NCBI GenBank assembly: GCA_964016885.1
Contig: OZ024752.1
Coordinates: 41,478,001-41,542,000 of the forward strand
Source of the DNA: Eledone cirrhosa
Taxonomy: Eukaryota
DNA: 64,000 nucleotides
Reading direction: 5' to 3'
The translations under genes were made by a program, and so were the position numbers. Positions 44,292-54,916 of the stretch are shown in pieces. Within the stretch, counting starts at the first letter, position 1; each line of letters opens with the position of its first letter. Under the pieces are notes generated by a model. The model searched no databases. It saw only the letters and a program-made list of their open reading frames with translations, and was not told the DNA's origin.

Positions 44292-45926
44292 GCTTTTCTA
44301 TATTAAATATATATATATATATATATATATAATGAGCATAATGGAAGCTGCAGCTACACAATAGCAGACGAAAAATCGAATCAACGGAAGCTATCATAAA
44401 GCACTCAATGAGTAATTGATAAATTTCTCCTCAGAGTGACACCACAGAAAGGTAAGGAATAGTGATATCATGAATAAAGTAACCAGAGGTATATTGCTAC
44501 AGTAATACTACAACAACGATATATACAAACAGGTAGATCTCAAGCAAGAGATCTCAACACTGTTACTGTCCAGATATAATTGTTAAAATAACGTGTAAGG
44601 GAGATAACTCTTGATACATCGTTATACATGTTTAGCAGTTGGCTAAATGTTGTTATGATACCCAGACACGTTCTAACACGCAGAGACAAATGCTCATACG
44701 TGTTTAATATTCAACGAATCCGGAATTTTATTTATGGAAATGAGGTTGGTGTTAAGAAGGGCATCCAGTTGTAGAAATCAAGCCGAAATCAGTTCCTGTA
44801 TGAGCAAGACACGGTCACCTGACCTGTCATTGCCCACAATAGGACACCCCGTCTAACCCATGCTATCGTGGAAAATGGTCGTTAAACGATGATGATGATG
44901 ACGAGGTGAGAAGATGATTCAACAGAAATGTTCCAGAACAAAACATAACAGCGAAGTTAAAACAATTTAACAACAAACCTTCTTTTTAAGACGTCTCTAT
45001 ATCAGCACCAAACAGACGAATCGATAAAAAGAAGAAAAAAAACTGGATTTAAGGGGAAACAACTACAAAAACTTTAGAGTTATTTCCCTTCGAATTTTAT
45101 TTCCTTTAACTGCTTTATATTATTTTGTTCTTTGTCATGTCAATAGAAGGTTTTACAGCCGTTTGAGAGGGGGGGGTCAAGATAGGAGCACCTACGCCAC
45201 GGCCCTAGCAGTATTGATAAGATACTGCTAATCCTATCACCACCACAAGCAACAGTTATAAGTGTGGACACGATAGGAAGAAGTTCTTTGAGGATTTTTG
45301 CATAAATTAAGTAAAAACCACATAAGTCACGAAAGAAGAGCTTTATTTGAGAATAGTTACCATGAATAATGAATAATCTTGAGACTTCTCTTGACTTATC
45401 TATTCAATAAATCCACAGTTAGCATCAATGACTGCTTCAATATAACGTCGGAAACGTTGACTGTAAAATGGTCATAAAGTGCCATGATCAAAAGCACCCA
45501 GTACACACTGTAAACGTTGTTGGCATTAGGAAGGACATCCAGTCGTACAAACCAAGTAAGACACGGCAATCTGACCTGACCAGACTTGTCTCAAATGGGA
45601 CAACTTGTCTAACCCACTGTAAAGTGGTCATTTCAGTGTCATGATAAAAAGCATCCAGTACACACTGTAAATGTTGTTGGCATTAGGAAGGACATCCAGT
45701 CGTAGAAACCAAGCCAGATACTAATCTGTATCAGCAAGACACGGTAATCTGACCTGACTTGTCTCAAATGGGACAACTCGTCTAACCCATGCTAGTGTGG
45801 AAAAATGGACGTAGTTGAAGATGTTAATGATGATGATTCTATAGTGATATGATGAAGTATTTTATGCGGCTTATGTATTTATTTATCACATAATAACTAT
45901 GCAGTGATGTTATCTTTAACAAATAC

Positions 45927-46107
45927 GGTGAATTGGCAGTATCAGTAGAGGGTTGGACGCCATGCTTTCTAGCATAGTTACGTCCCTTTACGGTTTGAGT
46001 TCAAATCCCGTCGAGGTTAACTTTGCCTTTCATCCTTACGGGGTCGATAAAATAAAGTACGAGTAGTGTACTGGGTAATTGCTGGCCTTGTGCCAAAAGT
46101 AGAAACA
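45927..46107 (+). mobile_element. SINE family 1 with an 18-bp target-site duplication
   Basis: gttatctttaacaaatac at 45909-45926 and 46108-46125. Confidence 0.88.
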
Positions 46108-46398
46108 GTTATCTTTAACAAATACTTTTATCTTTGATTTACAATACATTCCTCAGCTAATTAATTACTCACAATGTTGATACAAATCAATAATATGGAA
46201 TATGAGAGGTTGTAACAGGAGAGTTCAGAAAGAATGATTTTATTAAAATATCACAGTTAATTTACCAATATAGATATATATTATATATCTATATAAAATA
46301 TAGTATTGGGAGATTGTTTTCAGTTATATCTTCTTTCCAGTATAACTATATTTATAATATGATGTCTTTCTTATATGAAAGGATTTGTGGTGAGTAAA

Positions 46399-46596
46399 TC
46401 CTTTAGCATTTAAACCAGCCAGAATTCTCTCCCCTCTTTCTGTTCAAACCGGTCGTAACTGGCCGCTCATACTGATGTTAAGGTATTGTTCTCAAAATAA
46501 ATAATAGATTCGATATTATGTGAGATAATTATGTGAGGTAAAGCCTTAACCTTGAAAATACAATAATAAATATAGAGTAATGTAAATGCTAAAGGG
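46399..46596. mobile_element. piggyBac-type MITE (paralogous copy)
   Basis: Colinear with 52495-52705 and in the same flanking context. Confidence 0.75.
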
Positions 46597-46767
46597 TTAA
46601 GGTACCATTTTTAGAAAATGACTTACCATAGCTACTACAGATAAAATACTTGTACGACTTCTCTCCAATATAAATATATGAGTAATCAGGTCACAGTTTT
46701 CAGGGAATGCCTGACCCTAGATATGACAATGATATGGCTTCTCTTTTGTATCACAGTGATATGGTTT

Positions 46768-48099
46768 CTATCCTGTATGAATACGTACATGTTTAGTTAA
46801 ACTACTTAACTGTGAGAATGACTCCCCACAGATATCACAATGATATTGTTTCAGAGTAGAGAAGGTATTTAACTCTGTGAAAGATTTACCACTGATATCA
46901 CATTCATTCAATATCTCTCCTGAATGAATGCTTTTATGTCGAGTTAATAGACAATTTTGAGAGAACGATTTACCACAGATATCACATTGGTACGGCTTTT
47001 CTCCTGTATGAATGCGTTTATGTCTAGTAAGGACACTATTTACAGTGAATGATTTACCACAGATATCACAGAGATATGGTTTCACTCCAGCATGAATACG
47101 TTTGTGTCGAGTTAGGTCACGTTTTTCAGTGAAACATTTACCACAGATATCACAGTGATGTGGTTTTTCTCCTGAATGCATACGCTTGTGTCGAGTTAGG
47201 TCACCATTTCCAGAGAACGATTTACCACAGATATGACAGTGATATGGTTTTTCTCCTGTATGGATACGTTTGTGAGTAGTTAAGTTAGCTTTATCAGAGA
47301 ATGATTTACCACAGATATCACATTGAAATGGTTTTTCTCCTGTATGAGTACGTTTGTGTCTAGTTAAATGAATATTTTCAGTAAATGATTTACCACAGAC
47401 ATCACAGTGACATAGTGTCTCTCCTGAATGAATACGTTTGTGTCTAGTTAAGACACTATTTACAAAGAATGATTTACCACAAATATCACAATGATATGGT
47501 TTCTCTACTGCATGAACACCTTTGTGTTTAGTTAGATGACTTTTTTGGGAGAATGATTCACCACAGATATCACAGTGATATGGTTTCTCTCCAGTATGAA
47601 TGCGTTTGTGAGTAGTTAGTTCACATTTTTGAGAGAATGATTTCTTACAGACATCACATTGATATGGTTTCTCACCTGTATGAATACGTATATGAGTAGT
47701 TAGATTAGTTTTTTGATAAAATGACTTCTTACAGACATCACACTGATATGGTTTCTCTCCTGTATGATGGAGTTTGTGAGTAATTAGACTACATTTTTGA
47801 GAAAATGACTTATCACAGATATCACAGTGATATGGCTTATTCCCTGTATGTAGAAGTGTATGAGTAATAAGACTACTTTTTTGAGAGAATGATTTACCAC
47901 AGACATCACAGTGGTATGGCTTCTTCCCTGTATGAATACGTTTGTGGGTAATTAAGCTACTTTTATGAAAGAATGATTTACTACAGATATCACATTTGTG
48001 TGAAGTATTTCCTGCCTCTTCCTTTATATCTTCAGGAGAATCAATACTTTCAGGTTCTATTTTACATTTAACCTGGGTCTCACCTAAATCATGTTCCAT
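46768..48099 (-). CDS. C2H2 zinc-finger protein, paralog 1 (443 aa; 14 intact fingers plus 1 broken finger)
   Basis: Uninterrupted ORF of CxxC-x12-HxxxH units with TGEKPY linkers; acidic N-terminal leader shared with the other two paralogs. Confidence 0.93.
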   Translation of the reverse strand: MEHDLGETQVKCKIEPESIDSPEDIKEEAGNTSHKCDICSKSFFHKSSLITHKRIHTGKKPYHCDVCGKSFSQKSSLITHTLLHTGNKPYHCDICDKSFSQKCSLITHKLHHTGEKPYQCDVCKKSFYQKTNLTTHIRIHTGEKPYQCDVCKKSFSQKCELTTHKRIHTGEKPYHCDICGESFSQKSHLTKHKGVHAVEKPYHCDICGKSFFVNSVLTRHKRIHSGETLCHCDVCGKSFTENIHLTRHKRTHTGEKPFQCDICGKSFSDKANLTTHKRIHTGEKPYHCHICGKSFSGNGDLTRHKRMHSGEKPHHCDICGKCFTEKRDLTRHKRIHAGVKPYLCDICGKSFTVNSVLTRHKRIHTGEKPYQCDICGKSFSQNCLLTRHKSIHSGEILNECDISGKSFTELNTFSTLKQYHCDICGESFSQLSSLTKHVRIHTG

Positions 48100-49395
48100 T
48101 ATTTGTCTTCTATCACAAGATACAGATATTTGTATTAACTGCTGCTATTAATCTCAGTCCAGAGGAAATATTTCACAGTAATTCTCCCATAGATTTATAA
48201 AAAACAGGGTCATATCTGTTCTGTATAAAATCTTCTTTTAGTCTTTAAAAGATGATAAATATTGGTGATGGATCTCAAGTAGACAATTCTGTTATGCCAA
48301 TATCATCTGTTTCTCTGAAATAATAGGGAAACGGTATAAGATATAGAGGATAGTTAAAAGGTATAGATTCAACATTTTACTACATTTCTATATTGCTATC
48401 CCCTCTCATCCACCTCCTTTAGTGGTAACCATACCTCACCTACTAGTTTCCCTAGTCCCGACACAACAAAGGTGCGCAGTCCACACTGTAAAGTGATCGT
48501 GTAGATGTCATGACATAAAGAACCCAGCACACACTGTCAATGTGGTTGGCGTTAGGAAGGTCATCCAGCCGTAGAAGACCAGCCCCAAAACACCCAGCCC
48601 ACACTGTAAAGTGGGCGTGTTAAAGTCACAGCAAAAAGCACCCAGCACACACTGTCAATGTGGTTGGTTAGGAAGGTCATCCAGCCGTAGAAGACCAGCC
48701 CCAAAACACCCAGCCCACACTGTAAAGTGGGCGTGTAAAAGACACGGCAAAAAGCACCCAGCACACACTGTCAATGTGGTTGGCATTAGGAAGGGCATCC
48801 ACGCGTAGAAAACCAGCCAGAAACAGTCCTATACGAGCGAGACAAAGTCACCCGACCCAACTTGCCTCTAATTGGGACAAACCCGTCTAACCCATGCTAG
48901 CGTGGAAGATGGGCGTTAATCGACGGCGATGATGATGATGATGTAGATATAGACACCAGCATGACCACTTTACAGTGTGGCTTGGAAATATAGTATATAG
49001 TTTTTCACAGTTTTACATTGTAGCAACATAAATGTACAGAAACTAGTTTCGTTCCGTCGTTTGTGTTTACGTTACGGTTTTCGATTTTCTGTTTGCAAAT
49101 TTCACTTCAATTTTAATGGGACCCTCAAATAGGACTCTGACATATATTAATCATGCGAGAACACAAAAAAAAAAACAATCCCATTTAATATGACAAACGT
49201 TATAACCAAAGAAAAGAAAATATGAAACTAATTTAATATGACATTAATGGACAACACAGAGTCTGGCATTTTAAAGGAAGCAAAGACGGTAAAATCGAGA
49301 TTACGAGAAATGTTGTATCGTCTGCATATGTAACTATTATATGTATGTAGATATGATAAAACATTAAAATAATATATATATATATATATATATAC

Positions 49396-49560
49396 CTTGT
49401 CATTGAAGTTTCGTTGACAATAACTCAGCTTCCCAGTTTAATAAATTCCATACATTTCCGGTATAGACAGAACAGAAGAAAATGAAATATTGGATTTTCA
49501 TTGGTGAGTTTAGGTCAGGTGATCAAACAGAAAACAACATAGGAGGGAGGTGGTCCGTGA
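49396..49560 (-). promoter_or_regulatory. Putative 5' non-coding exon / promoter region of ZF paralog 1
   Basis: On the - strand ...aatgacaag|GTatat donor at 49395; matching acceptor ctattatttcAG at 48315-48316 is conserved upstream of all three ZF ORFs; the block is homologous to 58420-58770. Upstream boundary is approximate. Confidence 0.5.
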
Positions 49561-49578
49561 AAAGATGTTGCTGTATAT

Positions 49579-49614
<36 letters not shown>

Positions 49615-49617
<3 letters not shown>

Positions 49618-49688
49618 GGTGTACCCCTAAAATGTATACACACTGATTATAATACTGTTAAAGTGTGTATACGTCTTTTTGAAACACC

Positions 49689-49724
<36 letters not shown>

Positions 49725-49752
49725 GGTGTTTCAAAAAGATGTATACACCCTG
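49615..49752. mobile_element. Tc1/mariner MITE plus an inverted partial copy
   Basis: cagggtgt ... acaccctg-TA TIRs at 49615-49691; inverted piece at 49722-49752; related copy at 58807-58904. Confidence 0.65.
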
Positions 49753-49998
49753 TGTATATATATATATATATACACTCAATACGTGAAAACATGTTGTATA
49801 TATATATATATTATCATCATAAGCATCATCGTTTAACGTCTATCTTCCACGCTAGCTTGGGTTAGATGGGTTTGTCCCATTTAGAGGCAAGTTGGGTCGG
49901 GTAACCGTGTCTCGCTCGTATAGGACTGTTTCTGGCTAGTTTTCTACGGCTGGATGCCCTTCCTAACGCCAACCACATTTACGGTGTGGGCTGGATGT

Positions 49999-50034
<36 letters not shown>

Positions 50035-50182
50035 GAATATACAAGAGAGATATACACAAATATAAACATACATGTGTTCGAATTGTAAAGGACCAGGTTC
50101 ACTAGGGTGAAAAAAATACTAACTATATTACACGGCTCAGAAAAACTTCTTTCTTGGAGCTATTTACTTGTAAGAGACTATA

Positions 50183-50234
<52 letters not shown>

Positions 50235-50625
50235 TCATTTCATTTTACGTCCGCTTTTCCCTGCTTGCAAGGGTGGGACGGGAACTGATTCTGGCTTGAT
50301 TTCTACAGCTGGATGCCCTTCCTAACACCAACCTCTTTTACAGTGAGTGCTGGGTACTTTTTTGCCGTGGCACCTCCACGACCACTTTGCAGTGGAATGA
50401 TAGGGACCCCAGTCCCTATCATCTCATTTCTACAGCTGAGTAAACTGGAGCAATGTGAAATAAAGTGTCTTGCTCAAGGAAACAACACATCACCCGGTCT
50501 GAGAATTGAACTCACAACCTTTTGATTGCAAGGCCAATGCTCTAACCACTAAGCCATGTGCATATATATATATATATTATAAACCTACAGTAACTGGACT
50601 TTACAATACCTATGTATATATATAA

Positions 50626-50812
50626 TATAGAAATGACTTCTACAGGACTAGAACTGTTTCATTCGGGAGAAATCATTTTTCCTGATGATTTCTCCCGAAT
50701 GAAACAGTCCTAGTCCTGTAGAAGCCATTTCTATATTAAATATTATTACTCTGCTATGTATTGAGTAGATTACTAACTGCGGTTACCCCCGATTGAACCT
50801 GGGATAAACTTA
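50626..50812 (+). mobile_element. Family B element: minimal HHR (50678-50724) preceded by its own inverted partial copy
   Basis: tttc-CTGATGA-tttctcccgaat-GAAA-cag tcctagtc ctg-TA-gaag; 50626-50675 is the reverse complement of ~50686-50736; downstream part is homologous to the reverse complement of 25714-25800. Confidence 0.6.
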
Positions 50813-51029
50813 TATATGTATATGTGTGTGTGTGTGTGTGTGTGAGCCCCAATGTGCTATGTTGGGGCTTAGCAACATTGGTTTCTTCTACTGTGATCAC
50901 TGAGCTTAGGTTTTTGTATCATACCCCTACACCAGCATCTCATCTCAATATCAGGCAAACTAAAAATGCTATAAGTTATACAGCTACACCTTACATGATT
51001 GCAGCTTCATCCAATAAACACGTATAGAC

Positions 51030-51197
51030 CTGTGGTTCCCAAAGTGGGTTCTGCAAAGGAATGTCTGAGGTTCCATGAAAAAAAGGTAGAGAAGTATATT
51101 TATATTAGGACTATATAACAGTATTAGACTTTAGGGTTCCCCCAAAAGTTTCTGAACTAAAAAGGGTTCCACGTTTGAAAAAGATTAGGAAACCCTG
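51030..51197. mobile_element. hAT (Charlie-like) MITE
   Basis: TIRs ctgtggttcccaaa / ttaggaaaccctg; 8-bp TSD gtatagac / gcatagac; second copy at 17634-17799. Confidence 0.7.
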
Positions 51198-51319
51198 GCA
51201 TAGACCATGCATGTACATAAATGAATCCATTCTGCTTAATTTTCTCTCCTTATCAATATTTCCAATAAGAAAAAATAAAATTTTATATTTTTTTGACAGA
51301 TCTTATTTATAAGATAAAC

Positions 51320-51625
51320 AAGGTACATTCAAGAAGATTTTAGACTTTTTTTTTTTAAAGTAGTTATAACACTCCTAGATTATTGTAATTTTAGTATATT
51401 ACTATACCTCTAATAAGCTGACCTGCCAACTTTTGTTATTCCAAATTGAAGGAGACAACTGCAACAGCCCTTTGAATACTCCTTACTAAACTCCACTTGT
51501 CACAGCTGACCCCTTTGTAGAATGCAGTCAGCATGTGAAGACAATTTCGAAGCTTACTATGCAATAAAGTTTTGTCTTAAACTGGGAAAAAACACTACAG
51601 AAACTTATGAAATGCTCCAGACTGC
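51320..51625 (+). mobile_element. Mariner-family transposon 5' fragment
   Basis: ORF start MQSACEDNFEAYYAIKFCLKLGKNTTETYEMLQTA matches the N-terminal HTH of mariner transposases (xRxxIKFCxKLGKxxxETxxMLxxA); truncated. Left boundary approximate. Confidence 0.7.
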
Positions 51626-51790
51626 CCCTCATATGGATAGCTCTGTTGGTGTGTATTTAAGTTCCCACATTGAGAGAATGGTTTACTATGACTTATCTCA
51701 TGTATGATTTATTTACTACAGATAATACACTCACAGGATCTCTCTCCTGTACAAATATGTTTGTCACCATTTTCAGGGAATGCACCACCT
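51625..51790 (-). pseudogene. Extra fragment of decayed zinc-finger sequence, homologous to 53020-53160
   Basis: ttggtgtgtatttaagttcccacattgagagaatg...actcacaggatctc...ttgtcacc.ttttcagggaatg occurs at both positions. Confidence 0.6.
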
Positions 51791-51968
51791 ATAACAATAT
51801 GAAATAGTTCAGGTCATTGTGTGAGTATTTATTTATAACAAAACTGTACAGTGATGTTATCTCTTTCTCAGCTCTTTACCAACTATGTCAAATACATTAA
51901 CAGCATGATTGTAACAGGAGTGTTCAGAAAGAATGATTTTATTAAAATATCACAGTTAATTTACCAAT

Positions 51969-52360
51969 TTCATTTCATTTCATATCATTTTACATCCGCT
52001 TTTCCCTGCTTGCAAGGGTGGGACAGGAACTGATTCTGGCTTCATTTCTACAGCTGGATGCCCTTCCTAACACCAACCTCATTTACAGTGAGTGCTGGGC
52101 GCTTTTTTTCCGTGGCGCCTCCACGTCCACTTTACAGTGTGGGCTGGGTGCTTTTTTTTGCCGTGGCACCTCCACGACCACTCTACAGTGGAATGATATG
52201 GACTCCCAGTCCCTATCATCTCATTTCTACAGCTGAGTAAACTGGAGCAATGTGAAATAAAGTGTCTTGCTCAAAGACACAACACATCACCCGGTCTGAG
52301 AATTGAACTCACAATCTTTCGATTGCAAGGCCAATGCTCTAACCACTAAGCCATGTGCCT
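51969..52360 (-). mobile_element. tRNA-derived SINE family 2, full length, 5-bp TSD CCAAT
   Basis: - strand head ggcacatggcttagtggttagagc..gagttcaattctc, gtgttgtgtc.ttgagcaagacac core, gttaggaagggcatccagctgtagaaa body, (TGAAA)n tail; the empty site is visible in the paralogous sequence at ~46260. Other copies or fragments at ~8738-8882, 44745-44905, 45470-45835, 48480-48942, 49822-50000, 50233-50561, 60088-60640, 63205-63490. Confidence 0.88.
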
Positions 52361-52494
52361 CCAATATAGATATATATTATATATCTATATAAAATATAGT
52401 ATTGGGAGATTGTTTTCAGTTATATCTTCTTTCCAGTATGACTATATTTATAATATGATGTGTCTCTTATATGAAAGGATTTGTGGTAAGTTAA

Positions 52495-52705
52495 CCCTTT
52501 AGCATTTAAACCAGCCAGAATTGTCTCACCTCTTTCTGTTCAAACTGGTCGTAACTAGCCACTCATACTGATGTTAAGGTATTGTTCTCAAAATAAATAA
52601 TATCAAAATCTCATAGATTCGATATTATGTGAGATAATCATGTGAGGTAAAGACTTAACCTTGAAAATACAATAGTAAATATAGAATATTGTAAATGCTA
52701 AAGGG
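52495..52705. mobile_element. piggyBac-type MITE
   Basis: TTAA-ccctttagcattta ... taaatgctaaaggg-TTAA; paralogous copy at 46399-46596. Confidence 0.8.
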
Positions 52706-52709
52706 TTAA

Positions 52710-53425
52710 TGTACCATTTTCAGAAAATGACTTACCACAGATACTACACTGATACATCTTCATTTTTACCTATATGAATATGCTTAAGAGTAAGGGTTTG
52801 CATCAGAAAGATATTAATCTGTAGAATAATGGTTCAGGAATCCTCACCTCATCAGTATGGAAAAAGTGGATGTACAAAGTTTTTTTTTTTTCTTTTTGCA
52901 TAATTTTTGAAACTGATTAAGTTACTCTCCAGTATGAATACCAAAGTGTATTTAAGCAACATTTTGAGAAGAATGATTTACCAAGATATCACTGTAATGT
53001 GGTTTCTCTCCTGTATAGCCCTATTGGTGTGTATTTAAGTTCCCACATTGAGAGAATGATTTACTGTGAATATCTGTGGCTTATCTCATGTAAAATTTAT
53101 TCACTACAGATAATAAACTCACAGGATCTCCCTCCTATATTTGTCACCTTTTTCAGGGAATGATATCACAGATATCACAGTGATATGATTTCCTTCATGT
53201 ATGAATCTGTGTTTAGTTCAGTACCCACCTTGAGAGAATGACTCGCCACAGATAAAATACTCATAGGACTTCTCTCATATATAAATGATTTCAGGGAATG
53301 ATTGACTCCAGGATATAACAGTGATATGGTTTCTCATTTATATGTATGTATTTTTGTTGATTTAATTAAAGATTTACCAGATATAAGTGATCTGGCTTCT
53401 CTTTTGTATCACAGTGATATGGTTT
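52710..53425 (-). pseudogene. Decayed zinc-finger repeats downstream of the paralog 2 stop codon (now probably 3' UTR)
   Basis: Recurring gaatgatttacc / cacagatatcacagtgatatggtttctc motifs (reverse complement of EKPYHCDICGKSF) with frameshifts and stops; a shorter equivalent lies at 46600-46767. Confidence 0.7.
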
Positions 53426-54916
53426 CTATCCTGTATGAATACGTACATGTTTAGTTAAATTACTTAACTGTGAGAATGACTCCTCACAGATATCACAATG
53501 ATATTGTTTCTGTGTAGAGAAGGTATTTAACTCTGTGAAAGATTTACCACTGATATCACATTCATTCGTCATCTCCCCTGAATGAATGTTTTTATGTCGA
53601 ATTAACCGACAATTTTGAGTAAAAGATTTACCACAAATATCACACTGATATGGCATTTGTCCTGTATGAATACCCATATGTCTAATAAGGCCAGCATTTA
53701 CAGTGAATGATTTACCACAAATATCACAGAGATATGGTTTCACTCCAGTATGAATACGTTTGTGTCGAGTAAGGTCACGTTTCTCAATGAAAGATTTATC
53801 ACAGATATCACACTGATGCGATTTTTCTCCTGTATGCATACGCTTGTGTCGAGTTAGGTCACCATTTAGAGAGAATGATTTACCGCAGATATCACAGTGA
53901 TATGGTTTTTCTCCTGTATGAATACGCCTGTGATTATTTAAGTTCGCTTTACCAGGGAATGGTTTACCACAAAAATCACAGTGATATGTTTTTTTTCCTG
54001 TATGACTACGCTTGTGTCTAATTAGGTGACCAATTCCAGTGAATGATTTACCACAGATATCACAGTGATATGGTTTTTCTCCTGTATGAGTACTTCTGTG
54101 TTTGATTAGGTCATTATTTTCAGTGAATGATTTATCACAGAAATCACAATTATACAGTGTCTCTCCAATATGAGTGCTTTTGTGTCTAGTTAGATAACCA
54201 CTGCTAGAGAATGATTTGCCACAAATATCACAATGATATGGTTTCTCTACTGCATGGACACCTCTGTGTTTAGTTAAGTGACGTTTTTGAGAGAAAGATT
54301 TCCTACAGATATCGCAATGATATTTTGCATGAAACAGTTTGTGAGCAGTTAGATCACATTCTTGAGAGAATAGCTTCTTACAGATATCACATTGATATGG
54401 TTTTTCTCTTGTATGAATACGTATATGAGTAGTTAGGTTAGCTTTTTGATAGAATGACTTCTTACAGACATCACACTGATATGGTTTCTCTCCTGCATGA
54501 TGGAGTTTGTGAGTAATTAGACTACATTTTTGAGAGAATGATCTATCACAAACATCACAGTGGTATGGCTTATTCCCTGTATGAATACGTTTGTGTGTAA
54601 TAAGGCTACTTTTTTGAGAGAATGATTTTCCACAGACATCACAGTGATATGGTTTCTTCCCCGTATGAATACGTTTGTGAGTAATTAGGCTACATTTATG
54701 AGAAAATGATTTACCACAGACATCACAGTGGTATGGTTGCTTCCCTGTATGAATAAATGTGTGGGTAATTAAGCTACTTTTCTGAGAAAATGATTTATCA
54801 CAGATATCACATTGGTATGAAGTCTTTCCTGTCTCTTCCTTTATATCTTCAGGGGAATCAATACTTTCAGGTTCTATTTTACATTTAACCTGGGTCTCAC
54901 CTAAATCATTTTCCAT
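53426..54916 (-). CDS. C2H2 zinc-finger protein, paralog 2 (496 aa; 16 intact fingers plus 1 broken finger)
   Basis: Same leader (MENDLGETQVKCKIEPESIDSPEDIKEE); same broken finger (CDISGKSFTELNTFST) and same C-terminus (..HVRIHTG*) as paralog 1. Confidence 0.93.
   Translation of the reverse strand: MENDLGETQVKCKIEPESIDSPEDIKEETGKTSYQCDICDKSFSQKSSLITHTFIHTGKQPYHCDVCGKSFSHKCSLITHKRIHTGKKPYHCDVCGKSFSQKSSLITHKRIHTGNKPYHCDVCDRSFSQKCSLITHKLHHAGEKPYQCDVCKKSFYQKANLTTHIRIHTREKPYQCDICKKLFSQECDLTAHKLFHAKYHCDICRKSFSQKRHLTKHRGVHAVEKPYHCDICGKSFSSSGYLTRHKSTHIGETLYNCDFCDKSFTENNDLIKHRSTHTGEKPYHCDICGKSFTGIGHLIRHKRSHTGKKTYHCDFCGKPFPGKANLNNHRRIHTGEKPYHCDICGKSFSLNGDLTRHKRMHTGEKSHQCDICDKSFIEKRDLTRHKRIHTGVKPYLCDICGKSFTVNAGLIRHMGIHTGQMPYQCDICGKSFTQNCRLIRHKNIHSGEMTNECDISGKSFTELNTFSTQKQYHCDICEESFSQLSNLTKHVRIHTG

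Noticed and set aside
46720-46770. A-to-I recoding of the UAG stop to extend the ZF protein
   Set aside because: Read-through in paralog 1 adds only 16 residues before another TAG and no intact finger; the paralog 2 downstream sequence is frameshifted.
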